DNA of 64,000 nucleotides from Dicyema japonicum (lineage: Eukaryota; Animalia; Dicyemida), in assembly GCA_011109175.1 (NCBI GenBank), contig RDEW01000010.1:727837-791836 (forward strand), in the 5' to 3' direction. Of the stretch, positions 34,946 through 46,929 are shown piece by piece. Made by a program: the position numbers and the translations under genes. Each line of letters starts with the position of its first letter. Within the stretch, counting starts at the first letter, position 1. The notes beneath the pieces were generated by a model. That model made no database searches, had not been told where the DNA came from, and saw only the letters and a program-made list of their open reading frames with translations.

Positions 34946-37012
34946 CTAAGATGACACAAATTTATAATCTTCATCGGTCATTTCAATTGCCCAATTAAAC
35001 TTATCTCTTTGTGTTTTATTGTATATTTTTTCAATTGGCACGTCATTCTTTCTACACCAAGCAACTGATATACGAGGATCCAAATAATTCAGTTTAGAAG
35101 TCCCCATGGCTATTTGTTACTCTCATCCTACAATAGATATACATTCATACACGATCAGTGGCAGTCATTCTCAGTTTAGACAACGTGTTCTTCGCCACGA
35201 CAATCTTCTTCTGAGCAGCCTCAAATGACCTACAGTCTTAAAATCACCAAACTTCTTCTTAGCCTCAGTCTGATTGGCCACATAGTCAGCCTGTCGTCTC
35301 TTTGTCTCCTTCTCTAGCTCCTCAATGGCAGCCACTTTGTCCTCAATCTACCATAAAGACCTCACACACCTTCTTTTGCATATTATCCATTGACTTAGAG
35401 AATGTCTTTGGAATAGAGCGTTGGTGGTTACAGAGAACTGCCACAGCACGGTTGGCTCGATTATAAGACAACACCTTCTCAGAAACAGAGGACTCAGCTG
35501 CCATAACACCAAACTAACCTTGAGTAAGTGAATCCAACTGTTGTTCCAAAGTAATAGATGCATTATATGTTCTAAACACTTTTGCAGTCAATCCAGCCAT
35601 CAACTCTTGAAGATATTTATTCAAAGAAGTCGTCTAAAGTAAGAAAAGAAACCACCGAAAGACTATCAAAGAGATCATCTTCTGGTCGTTTGTCTTTTAT
35701 AAAAGTTTGTAGGTTTTTATAAGCCTTCTTGGTGACAGTAACAACGTTCTGATATCTTATAGAATCCTTTCCCAGAAAGTCAAACTCCACAACACAGTCA
35801 TCCTTAAGCGCCACGTGCTCCACTCTGAGAGAACAACAACCGACAGTGTCAGCCGTAGACTCATCCTTCTCATTTCCAGCCCTGAGGGCTAGTCTGTCTA
35901 TAAAGTAAAGAGCCACAGCTCGCTGTCTTATTTTGTTCTCATTGGCAATAAAGTCCTTAGTGTAACTATTTCTGATAGATTCAATGTGCTTGTGCAATTC
36001 TCTAGCGGTTTCGTACTTCTCCATGTCCTTCACTCCCTCAAATATTCCCAATCATCACCTTAAGCTTAGAACAGGATGCCAACATCACATACTTTGTAAG
36101 ACCGAGGACTGGCTCTACCCAACTGGCTAGAAAGGAAACTGAGTTGTCATGAATTACGTCCTTCCATTGAGATCCCACAGGTGGAGGCACATCAGACGAA
36201 CAGTTTATGGTTACATCCTCGGGGCGGATTCGGGCTTTCAGCTTCCCCATCTTTGGATGATTTCCACGACCTCGGAACAGTCCGGGAGGCTCTATTTTAA
36301 AATTGCCAATCCTTTCGCGGTGTCCGTCAAGCAAACAGAACCCAAACTCCTCCTGAATGCGAGAATTTTCCAATTTTATTTCCTGGAATTATTTTACAGC
36401 CACCTGTTTCTCCTCCTTAGTCATAGACTTCCTAGCCTCAGCCAAACTGGTATAATGGGCATGGATTGGACGGAAGTCGCAGAAGTCGAGACATTTTACG
36501 ACTTCACGTTCTTTCTTAGTCATAACAGATCTCCAATCCTCAAAAAAGTTCTTTTTGAATGTCGTCATTGTTGTATACTCGTGCTCTATCATCTTTGCGT
36601 AGAACCCCGCCACCTCCTCAGCCTCGGGGCTTAGACTTAGTGGGGTACCTATGAATGAGGATGTAGAGTACCTTTATATAAAAGTTTTACAGTTTCTGGG
36701 AGACGTTCATATTTTGGTGGAAAAACTGGGCCTTTGTGTTCCAAAGTCGTCCATTTGATGGAATTGTCGGTCTTTTCTTCCCACCTGCAATAATGATAAG
36801 AACAACCATCTCCAACAGTCATCTTCCTTTGGCTCTGCCTTTACACGTTTTGGGGGAGGTGTGGAGGCTTCATCTTTGGGTCTTTTTGACGATTTTGATA
36901 GCTTTTCTAAGTTTTTTGGGTTCTTCTTTGCCTTCGGTTTTTCTGGTTTTACGTCGTCACAATCTTTGAAAGAGTTATTGTCCTTTTGTCTGCAGATCGT
37001 ATTCACTCCCAT
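34946..37012 (-). CDS. TOP1: DNA topoisomerase I (type IB); 10 exons
   Basis: [77 protein letters not shown]. Nine introns of 21-23 nt. One base missing at ~35117, just before the catalytic Tyr. Confidence 0.97.
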
Positions 37013-37213
37013 ATTATGTGTCTATATTATATTATTATAAATGACTTTTGATTCTTTACGTGTCATATTCAAGACGGCCTAAGGTGGACCACCTTATGAT
37101 TTTATTTTTATTTATTTATTTTTATTTATTTAATAATTTATTGTATTTAATAATTTAATCAACTGCTGTTTAGTATTAATTGTTTTTACGATTAACGATA
37201 AATGGAAATGAAT

Positions 37214-37560
37214 CGCCCGTGGTGCCATGTGGCTACTTGATTGAAAATTTCTGTTTATTTTGTCTGTTTCTCCTTTTCCTATTTCAACTAGAGTGGCTTC
37301 ATGTGATCTACCTATCTCATGTGGCGGTCAATGTAGAGTGGGATAAAAAACGGATCATTTGCTCTCCCCACTCCACTGGAGGGGTTTCCGTAGCAACTAT
37401 TTATTTTTCGTTCGAATGGTTAGAAGACATTGTGTGATAGAGTCACATCACCATCTCAACTAAAAAGATCTATGCAACTGGGGGAGTTGGAGGAAGCTAT
37501 TATATGACATGCTAGACTGGTTACCATCACCTGTCATTAAATCATTTTTCCTGTCATTGG
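37214..37560 (+). mobile_element. Non-autonomous Vingi derivative (leader plus decayed ribozyme plus probable 3' end)
   Basis: CGCCCGTGGTGCCATGTGGCTAC leader, TGATCTACC..GTGGCGG..GGATCA, and CTGGAGGGGTTTCCGTA shared with 42260-42280. Confidence 0.6.
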
Positions 37561-37667
37561 TGATGAAATTTATCGTAAATCAATGATAATCACTTTATTA
37601 TATTTAAGTTTTCTTGCACGACACACTTTATTTATTTTTTATTTCCCTAAAGCTCTTAATCTGAGTA

Positions 37668-38250
37668 CCGTATTTGCCGGTGTATATGTCGACCCCCTAC
37701 TATTTACTTTGTAACCCTGTAATACTACGCGCCGAGAGATACTAACAACAATGAGCACTCTTAGAAAGTGATTTATTTTTAGTTAAAAACAGTTTCCTCC
37801 TTTTTGACGATGGATTGAAAGAGAGTTTCCTCTAAATCTTCAGACAGTTTCTGAGCAAGTTTAGTCTTTGTTGTAGCACAAGTATTTCCTTTAAAAATCG
37901 TTAACACCACTTATAGTTCCTTTGAAATCGGTAATCTTGCTTTGTTTGTTTGAGACGAATCATATTTCTTTGACGACGAACCCACATTTTCGTTGCTCCT
38001 TGACCCAGCATATAAGTTCTTTTTTCAAGTGCTGGCAGCTTTTCCCTCTATTAGTAAATTTGTTTCTTGGCATTACTGCTAGCTGTATTGTATTGCGTTT
38101 CCAACCTCTTACTAGTTTCTCATTTACGCCAAACTTTCTTGAGGCAGCACAGTTGTTAATTTCTTTTGCAAAGTTTACAACTTGCAGTTTGAACTTGGCA
38201 GAGTATTTCATTCGTTTACATGGGTATGTATAATGTTTACGTAGTTATCA
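37668..38250 (-). mobile_element. pogo-type (Brinker DBD) transposon remnant
   Basis: TA-CCGTATTTGCCGGTGTATATGTCGACCC TIR; YSAKFKLQVVNFAKEINNCAASRKFGVNEKLVRGWK. Confidence 0.75.
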
Positions 38251-38429
38251 TTTTATACATTCAATTCTATAATTAGATTGATCTTTGCAAGAATTTTTTG
38301 TGAAGAGTGTAGTAATTACAATCACACTTGAAGCGATGAATACGAATTTGAATTTCATGACTCGGTGTATAAATTATTAATATTTACCTTTAGGCGATAA
38401 TAAAATATTAGTAATTTCAACTGGTTCAT

Positions 38430-38650
38430 AAGGTATCTCAAAAAGGTTAAGTCTTAATGGCCGATTCCATAATCCTTTCCCATGCGAACCAAAAATTAAT
38501 TATAAAAATACTTTATCTTCTACTTTAAAGCAGCCATATGGTATATTTACTGTAAATATCAATTACAGTTAAAATCCATTTTTAGTCTTCATTTGAAGTA
38601 CTCAAATTTTTGACATCGGTTAAGTCCGCTCGGAATCGTTCATTTAGTCT
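38430..38650 (-). mobile_element. Ginger/rve integrase fragment
   Basis: RADLTDV...KWILTVIDIYSKY. Confidence 0.55.
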
Positions 38651-38709
38651 AGAAGCAATCACATAAAAAATAGAAAAAAGACCAAACTGGAGCTTTGCCA
38701 TAATTTATG

Positions 38710-39520
38710 AAAAATTTATCCGACCCACGATGACGTATACAAGTCTTTCATGGGCAATGCAGATTTTACAATCGCAATCAAGGAGACTGCAGTAAAGCTG
38801 ATTGACCAGAACGCAGGATCCAACCTATTGAAAATTTTATTAATTGAATTACAACGAAAATTTTTTAAAGGCGGCCAGTCTACCGAACTGCCCCCTGTTT
38901 CATATAATATCGAAATAACTACAAACGTAAAAAGTTTGAGCCGATGCCATGTCCAATAAAAAGAGATGTACAGGATTCTCGATCCCGCCGGAGTCGTCCT
39001 CTCCCTTGACGGTTTGAGAGCACTTAGTTGAAAACTTTTATTGCTTTCTCTTTGACCCAGTGATCCTGGGGGTAATAATAAGATGGTGACGTCCCTATGT
39101 TGCACTTTTTGTCATCTACATTAACCTTTGACTCAACAACAGTGTGGAGAAACATCAGTTGTACAATTACATTCGTCTACTGCTCGCATGAGATTGAAAT
39201 CAGTGAATTTCTTTGCATCCGATTTACCTCAACTTGATCTTGTGATGCAGAAGAGGATAAGGCAATGTGTGAGCACAATATGGAAAGTAAACTATCGAAT
39301 TTCAGTGATGCACCTATGTGGAGTTCAAAAACTTTTATATATCTCTCCGTAGAAAACACACAACTAGGGGAGTGTAGAAGATTGATCAGCCGGATCTGGG
39401 ACTGGGCGGCACTAGAGGACTATTATTTCTGAATAGTGCTTTTATTATAACACTGCATCGCGTGGGAACCAATTTAGGGGAAACGAATCTGAAGAAGATC
39501 GAAGACTTTCAATCAATAAT
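38710..39520 (+). mobile_element. Cluster of LINE (Vingi-like) 3' fragments
   Basis: FIRPTMTYTSLSW; 3' UTR GATCCTGGGGGTAATAATAA at ~39060-39080; CIAWGTNLGETNLKKIEDFQ. Confidence 0.5.
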
Positions 39521-39539
39521 AAGGTTCTGGTCCAATGCC

Positions 39540-39960
39540 TTAAGTGTTTTTAATGATTTTCAATAAATAGTAAAAATTTTGAAACCATCCCCTTAGATCC
39601 GGTGGAGACGGATGATGGTTATTTACCAACGTGGATACCAAGAGTACATTTTCGGTTGAAATCAACTTACTAACTGTTGCATTGACTTCTCCGTCTATCA
39701 GCTTACCAGCAACAACATTCCAAAGAGAAAACTTTGTTTCCAAGGGATTTAGTAATTCCTGAAAGGGAATCACATTGTTAGAGTCTCAGATACTCGTGAA
39801 AAAACCAAGACAAAGGTTTCAAAGACACAATACCAGATGGAAGAACAAGGATAATTCAAGACATGAGATCCCAAGCTTTCGCTTGTTACGCCGGGAACAT
39901 ATTTTACAGGGTATACCTTCTTTTCTAATGCAGCCGTCAAAAACTGCCATCACACCGCAA
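39540..39960 (-). mobile_element. CRE 5' fragment (PHD remnant plus RT N-terminus)
   Basis: CKICSRRNKRKLGISC (compare CKGCRVSNSRKCGIRC); VAGKLIDGEVNATV (compare VRRKLMEGDLTAAV). Confidence 0.6.
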
Positions 39961-40099
39961 ACGAATTCTTCAATAAGCAGAAATCACTTAACAAGACTTA
40001 CCACGTTATATTTTCTGAGAGAGCGGTCGACGCAGCAATGACCGGTTCCCGAGGTACGTCGCCATTAACGGGGTTGTGAAGCGCTTCATTAAGGAGAAG

Positions 40100-40313
40100 G
40101 ATTCCCGTCATCTCTAGAACTGGTGGGCATGGATCGTGGTAATGAAAAGCGTCACTGTCTTGCCGTTATCTTGGGGAAATTCCTGATTTGAGATGAGGCG
40201 TGCACATACACCTTATAGTTAAGACTTGGTGTTTTCTTAGTAAGGTGATTCAATGAGGCCATTGAAGGAAAATAAATTTTTAACCAATTAGCCACAGCAC
40301 CACAAAGCGCCAC
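40100..40313 (-). mobile_element. Vingi-like 5' module (leader plus decayed ribozyme)
   Basis: GTGGCGCTTTGTGGTGCTGTGGCTAATTGGTTAAAAATTTATTTTCCTTC..GGCCTCATTGAATCACCTTACT. Confidence 0.7.
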
Positions 40314-41009
40314 GCGACTTGCAGATAGGAACCAAATATTGAAAAAAATATTATTAAATTTAAATTGTGTTTTAATGGTTCCACTAAAGTGAGAGAGCCA
40401 AGAGTAAGTAATTGGCGTTTTCAAAACTCGTACATTTAAAGGGTAAGCCACAGTTCATTCGTTTTTGGCCGCGTAGCGCCATGTGGTGCTATGCAGCTAG
40501 TTGTGTTTGTGCCCTACACAGGAAGTCGATCGTGGCACGGATGAACATAGTGGGTTTTCCAGTTCTCGACGGAATGGGAGGAATCCTAAGCCATTCCTTC
40601 GTATCGTTGACTCCTATAGGAAAGTGTGGAGGGTATGGTCCTGAACGCGTAAAAGGTGTATCTCTTCGTGTAACGAGCTTATTTTGTTAAACATCGACGC
40701 AGAGAGTACGAGCTCAAGTACATTCAATTTCAGGTGAATGTGTCTGTTACTCTCCTCGAGAGGGAGATTCAAGTAGATAAATTCATTCCCGTTTTATCAA
40801 TCAAAAATCAAATCAGCCCTTCCGCTAAGGAGTAGTGATAGTTATTACTTAAACCTCTACCTAAACAGGACATACATTTTATTTAAGAAGGAAAGAACAA
40901 TTATGATAATTAATCGAGGGTGTTCTTAACTTATTTTCTTTCTACTTGAGTGTGAGTCTATGAAACAATGTTGTACAGCAGTGATCAATCATTGCGCCAG
41001 GGTCAACCT

Positions 41010-41480
41010 ATTTAATATTATTATTACCCCAGGATTACCGGAATAGAAGGAAAAAGAGAAAGTTCCCAGCTAACTAAGTGATCCAAGATGTGGGAAGTCC
41101 TATCGACGTGGACCTGGATGGCTCTCCAGAAAGGATATATAGTTATCTCATATCTGTGGTGGTTTTTAAGGTTTTTGTTAATGACTTTGTAGAAGAACTG
41201 TTATGCAGAGTAGCCGGCCTCACCATCTTATGTTTTCGCCAAATCAAAACTGCTTCCAAAGGGTGGACATGCGGCCAATGAATCTTTAGGTAGCTTTCCG
41301 ATTGGAGACAGTTTCAAGAGTTGTGGAAAATGGCCATTTACCAAGTAGATCAATGCCGGTTGTACAAATTGCCGATTGACATCAGAACACGGCCCAGCGT
41401 TTCTTCCGAGGGGTTTTGAGATTATCTTCATGATCCTCATCGTCCGATTCTCGACATGTTTTGCGAATACAAGTCTTTGG
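41010..41480 (-). mobile_element. Vingi-like 3' fragment
   Basis: FVQPALIY...; end GGATCACTTAGTTAG...CCTGGGGTAATAATAAT. Confidence 0.65.
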
Positions 41481-41484
41481 CGAA

Positions 41485-41935
41485 ACTCATTTAATATTAT
41501 TATTGTAAGCACTTAGGCCTTGTCATAATGGTTATGGCAAAGCATGTGCAACACAAGAAACGTGTTATTAGTTAGCCTCTTCCATCCTCCACGGTTACAC
41601 GCAATCGATCTTAGCTCGTCTGGATCGTCCTTCATCTTTTGGCATTTCTTCATTCTTTGGAAGTCTTTATGCAGTATGATAGGGAGTGTTATCCTTGTTC
41701 GCCCGCATTTCCCTTCGACATGAAGTGATCTTCCATCGCTACATTCGCTGGGGCAACGAGATCCATACGCAGGATGTGGCCAAACAGTCTCCACTGGGTA
41801 TCAGTGATGTCCAGGCTTAAAGACCTAATTTTTTTATAAACTCCAGCATTCGAGATCTTGGCAGGCCAATGCATGCCAAATAACACTCTAAGCTGTCTTT
41901 AGTGAAACGCATCGAGAGCCATCGATTTCGAGATT
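41485..41935 (-). mobile_element. RTE 3' fragment with TAA tail
   Basis: HWPAKISN, QWRLFGHIL, DELRSIACNRGGWKRL; paralogous to 22330-22720. Confidence 0.8.
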
Positions 41936-42029
41936 CATTTAATATGAAACAGCAAATAAAATGAATTTAATTTTTTTAAGATACGAACTAATTTCATTAT
42001 GAAATACAATCAATCATGTAATTAAATTA

Positions 42030-42160
42030 ACACACCGTATTATCCAGAGTCGACCCTGGTGACAATATCGTTGCCTTTTACGATTGCAACAGAAATCAAC
42101 TGGAAAAGCCACTGGGTCGCACGTGTGGCGTGGCTTTTTATTGTAGCTAAGCGTCTCTGT
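42030..42160 (-). mobile_element. CRE 3' fragment
   Basis: Same subfamily as 23255-23460 (ATQWLFQLISVAIV). Confidence 0.7.
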
Positions 42161-42164
42161 TCCT

Positions 42165-42440
42165 CCTCTCTTCCTATTAGAGTGACGTCATGTGATCCAC
42201 CTGTCTAGGTGGCGCCCAGTGCCAGGCCGGCACGAAAAAGGATCATTTGTTCTCGCCCACTCTACTGGAGGGGTTTCCATAACTGCATGTAATGGACGTC
42301 TTACCTTATATCCTGATTCCGGATGGACTCTGTTTCTGTAGAAGTGAAACAGGATACACTTAATTAGTTGTTTACTTTAACTTCTTTCTCGGTGTATCCG
42401 AGGTTAATAAATAAATAAATAATAATAAATAAATTTCTGA
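42165..42440 (+). mobile_element. ~270 nt non-autonomous Vingi derivative (ribozyme plus 3' end plus tail)
   Basis: Ribozyme at 42184-42245; the 3' end CAGGATACACTTAATTAGTTGTTTACT..GAGGTTAATAAATAAAT matches 28290-28360. Confidence 0.75.
42184..42245 (+). ncRNA. Candidate HDV-like ribozyme (third subfamily)
   Basis: P1 GACGTC/GGCGCC, P2 TGATCC/GGATCA, P3 ACC/GGT, P4 GTGCC/GGCAC, J4/2 (C)GAAAAA. Confidence 0.65.
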
Positions 42441-42500
42441 ATATAATAAAAATAATTATATTTGAAATGAACCAAAATTTAATATTTTGTTTTGAATATA

Positions 42501-43013
42501 ATGCATCTTATTATACTGTTCAACACTCGAGGATTCATCAGATTCCAGAGATGGTATTCGCCATTTTCTGAGACGGAAAAACAAAGACTTGCCAAGGAAA
42601 TAATAAAATCCACTTTGAAAGTTAACCCAGAGTGGAACCTGCTTGAATTTGGAAAATATGTCATAGCTTTTAAAAAGTAAAGCTAAAAAACTTACTTGAA
42701 GATATGCAAGCATTTATTTTTGCGCCCTAATTGACTCTGATGACAACGGACTGCTGACTTTGGAAATTTTACATAGATTTGTGGAGATTTTGAATGAATA
42801 TTTTGGCTCAGTATTTGACGTATTACTTCTTAGGTAGATGAAACTGATGTGATTTTCAATCTCCAAAAGATTCATTATTTGTTGGACGAGTACATTCTAT
42901 GCGGTCAGGTTCACAATCCTTTTATAAATGACGTTGTCGATATTGTCCGCAACCAGGATGAACTTACTGATGTAATTTATTCGTTATTTTAATAGAGAGG
43001 GAATTCTTTTTAG
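42501..43013 (+). CDS. AP1S: Clathrin adaptor AP-1 complex sigma subunit; 4 exons
   Basis: Spliced: [44 protein letters not shown]. Introns 42677-42701, 42811-42833 and 42972-42995. YASxYF and YFGS favour AP-1 over AP-2. Confidence 0.88.
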
Positions 43014-44379
43014 TTTTTATTGATTTTAAAATAATCTCACTATAATTGGTAATTCATTTATTAATATTCTCTTAAACATAATAACTGGTAAGACAAGGGA
43101 AATTTGTTGTTAAAATTCGATTTTGTTCTAATTTATTTTTTTCGTGTATAATTTACCATGATAATCTAATCTTGCCAGCGGTTTCTACAGATAAGATATC
43201 AAAAATTGATTACTTCATTTTTGGCTCTATAATTTAAAATTGGTTGCTGATTGCTGGTAACTTGTAAGTTTTCGGTGAAGATCTTTATTAATTTATTGAT
43301 ATTCAAAACATTTAGGTGTTGTTTTGTTGCCAAATTTTGAACTAAGTGAAATCAAAAAAGAACGATGTAAGTTAGTTAAAGCACTTCCTCGTAATTTTTT
43401 TTAAATCTTAAACTCTGCCTGATTAACTTCCTTATTGGTTGGAGGGACATGTTCGTCTTGGTGTTTTGCGCTCATCACCGCGGCTTTTTTCAAATGACAT
43501 CTTTCAGGTATCATTTCTATCTCCCCTGTCGTCAAACCTATTTTTGACTGACTGTCGTACACCATAAGTCGATAATGACACCCTCGTAACTTATGGGGAC
43601 GACAATATTCTGTCCTAATTTGCTCAGTGGGGCTCCTTCAATCCCGTTAATATCGCGGTCACCAAGAAAATGGCATACAGAATGATGGATTAGTGGATTT
43701 CAGAAAAGAAATGCCCCTAATCGATACCTCTGGAGTTCTTAATTCTAATGAACGGTGCTGCGTGAACATCTATCAGGTTCGTACTTTTTCACGGACAATA
43801 TATCTTTCGTGGACTTGAGGGAGAGCACCTGCCAAGCTGAAGCCACTAATGTTCGCGTTAACTAAGTTCTAGTTTAACATTGATCTTGGTTTGCTATGAT
43901 CAACAAGGACATCTATATTTTGTTTGGTACTTCAAAATCTGCTTAGAACACGAATAAGATAATTAAACAATGTCGCAAACAGCCACAAGGACTTTGATCT
44001 TTCCTTAAATGTGAATTAGTTCAGCCAAAAACCACGCCCCATACCACCTTCTTGAACTAAATGATACGATACAAATTTATTGCTAGTTAAGCATCAATTG
44101 CTAGGCGGGATGTCCCCAATTCCCCTCAAACACCTTGGGTAGAGTAACGGATTTATTTAACTTTTGATCAACATTTACTCTTTTTCAAACGTTTAGAAAA
44201 TCGTATAGATCGAGTTGATTCATGCAGACAGAAAAATTGAAAGATGATCTATCTTTCTGCAGTCTGTCTATACAACATGTAGAGAGGAGTAGAGAAATTG
44301 CACTTACATATATTTTTTCTTTTTTGCAAATAACCACTTTCCAGCATTTTTGACTTTTAAGATCGAAAAATGTAGCCTC

Positions 44380-44510
44380 ATTTTTAAAGTACAGGTAGCG
44401 AACGTATCCTCAATGTTACGGTATTTTCTCCTTTTGGAATCTATAGTAGTACTCTCAGCGGAACCTGCGTACAGCGATGATTCGCGTTATATTTGGTATT
44501 CTATGCAAAA
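44380..44510 (-). mobile_element. CRE RLE fragment
   Basis: AGSAE..DSKRRKYRNI. Confidence 0.4.
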
Positions 44511-45129
44511 ATAAAGCTATAAAAACAGAATTATTTTATTTAGAAGTTATAAACTTTTCACAAAAAATTATCTTAAATAAGTTGAGCTCACAGCCACTAA
44601 AGAATGAAAATTGAATGTCTAAAAGTTCACCTGCAAAACATGTTTCACATTAAAAATGAATGTCATTCGTGAAATATGCAAAGAATGTAACATGCGCACA
44701 AAGCAAACCATTGAAGACCCAAATTCCAATGATCAACATTTAAGTAAAATTCCTCAGGAATACAATTTTAAAGTAAATTTAGGTCAAAATTTTGAAGTTA
44801 TAAAGTCAAGAAATAGCCCTAGTCATGGCCAGGTATGAGAAAGCGCATTAATTGAATATGTTAGTAAGGGTTAATATGCCTCGATGAATTCTAAAATTTT
44901 GCGAAAAGTGTCAGTTTATGATCCCTAAGTAGATATGGTCGTGTGTTGTTCCTCTGAGTCTTTTGTTATGCCATTTCGTACTTCAGTAGTTACAGGTTCA
45001 ATGTTTCGAGAAATTGCATCGGATGATGTGTCCAGGAGTCAATTTGCAATATCTTCCAGGGAGTCAATTGCGTATAGTGTTGATTGAGGAAGATTTAATA
45101 GATTATACTTTTGTTATTATTTACCCCCA

Positions 45130-45420
45130 GTCCCTTCAAGTGAATCGGTAATTAACAGGAAAGTAACCTGTAATTAATTTTTTTGAAAATCCAAAGACCA
45201 CAGTAACACCAAAATAACTACTCAGGTGATCCCGGCACGCTCCAACAGAGATTTCAACTTGGCACGATGTTCCTCCCTGCGTATTGGCCGGATAACTGAA
45301 TCCTCGTAGTCGCGTTTTTCGTCGGAGGTATATAATTTTAGTGAAATATCTGGGATCCCTTGATTCAGAGGTTTTCAAAATGGGAGGCGCTGACTCGTGT
45401 AAAGGGAGTCGCGAAAAGCT
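45130..45420 (-). mobile_element. Vingi-like 3' fragment
   Basis: RPIR-REEHRAKLKSLLERAGIT*; GTAGTTATTTTGGTGTTACTGTGGTCTTTGG. Confidence 0.7.
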
Positions 45421-45699
45421 TATCAAAATATTTTTTTGTAAAATTATATTTATATAAAAATCGTGATTATATGCAATAATAATAGTTATTATTTAAAAAT
45501 TATATTTTTCAAAAATTAGTTCAAAAAAAATTTGAGTGTTCGTAAAAGTAAATTGACGGATATCGAAGATTTTGATGGTTAGGATTCACACGTATTATTG
45601 TTGATTCCTTTGAAATATCTTTCTGTTTGCTTTGTTTCAAAACACTTGCAGTAGATAGTGAGGCCATGAAAATTAAGAAGATATTTTGAAACTGTTCAT

Positions 45700-46485
45700 T
45701 CTGAATGTCTATAAATCCGATGAATTTTTAAAAAAATTAGAAGAGTTCGATAACCAAACGAAAACGTTAAAAATGGTTTCTATCTCATCAAATGCTTTGC
45801 TAGCTTCGTACTAGTTTTTTTCAGATATGCAAAATGTACAAACCTCACAATATCGGAGAAACTCTAGTTTTGTCAGAAGCTACTGATATAGTTCAAGCAA
45901 TGTTTGGCGAATCTTAGGCAAAAAAATTACAGCAAATACCAATATCCGATAACACAGTCGCTAGAAGAATTGATGACATATCTTTGTGATCAGTTGGTTT
46001 CTCGACTACGCAATAATAAATTTGCTATACAAGTTGATGAGGGAACTGACATAACCAAAGATGCACATTTAATTGCATATGTCAGATATGCTTCATAAAG
46101 TACGATAATAGTAGATCTATTATTTTGCATTTGGTTGAATCTATGCAAGGAATATGAAATTTTGTCGATAAAAGCAATGAAAGTTTTGTTGCAATATGTT
46201 ACCTCATATTTATGCGAAACTGGATTTTCTGCACTAGATGCAATGAAATCTAAATACCGAACTCGTTTGTAGTGCATAATGAGCCACGAGTAGCACTCTC
46301 CTCAATGACACCGAGATTTCAAAAAAGTTTGTGTCAAGAATGAAAAAAATTATTTCACTATCTTTTTTGTGTTAAAAAATTGTTTCTGCTAAAAATAATA
46401 TTTGTATTATATCATGAAATATAAAGGGAGGTGCAAGATTGTATTTTTTCTAGGTAGGCGTGTAAAAAAAGTTCGGAAACCTCTG
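45700..46485 (+). mobile_element. hAT (Buster/Charlie-type) transposon remnant
   Basis: IPISDNTVARRI, FAIQVDEGTD, LIAYVRY, TSYLCETGFSAL; right TIR AAAAAGTTCGGAAACCTCTG. Confidence 0.85.
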
Positions 46486-46665
46486 CCTTGATTTTGGGAC
46501 CCCTTGAGAAACCTTATCTAAACTAATCTTTATAGAAAAAGTAAAAGTAAATTGAAAGCATCATCCATATTTAATGTCAGGATATTTATAAATTTAAGTT
46601 CATAAAGGATATCTTTGCCTACTTGATCGAAGGTTTTTTTAACTCTGTCGCCATCAATCCCGAGA

Positions 46666-46770
46666 GGCGTCATTGGATTCACCCAACTCAGAAGACCCCA
46701 AACCCAAAAAGATCCCTCTCTTCCTACTACAGAGGAGGGGTTCCCATAATGGAGAATATGGATGGATATG
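46666..46770 (+). mobile_element. Vingi-like 5' module with decayed ribozyme
   Basis: GGCGTCATTGGATTCACC...GACCCC...AAAAAGATCC...GGAGGGGTTCCCATAA. Confidence 0.6.
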
Positions 46771-46929
46771 AAGCTTGGAAAGGACGTGTGCCACTCCAGC
46801 CATGGGAAACTGGATAAAATCCCTTTCAGGTATATCCGAAGTTACTAAAAATTAAAGATGTCCTAACAATCTTGCCTTCTTGAGTATTAACCGACTATCT
46901 TTTTATATGCCCCAAAATAACATGAAATT

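Noticed and set aside
35110-35125. Euplotes-style programmed frameshifting at AAA-TAG in TOP1 (and AGA-TGA in DDX46)
   Set aside because: The required shifts differ in direction between sites and most other breaks have no adjacent stop; homopolymer error is simpler
35498-35518. TOP1 intron shares 15 nt (GTTAGTTTGGTGTTA) with the Vingi 3' UTR at 34832-34846, suggesting a TE-derived intron
   Set aside because: A 15-nt low-complexity match is expected by chance in 64 kb, and the intron position appears ancestral
37013-37040. AG a few nt upstream of the ATG in TOP1, DDX46, LYAR and the orphan family, as trans-splice acceptors
   Set aside because: Absent in MBOAT and AP1S, likely by chance, and explicable as 5' UTR cis-introns; no SL RNA gene is seen in the window
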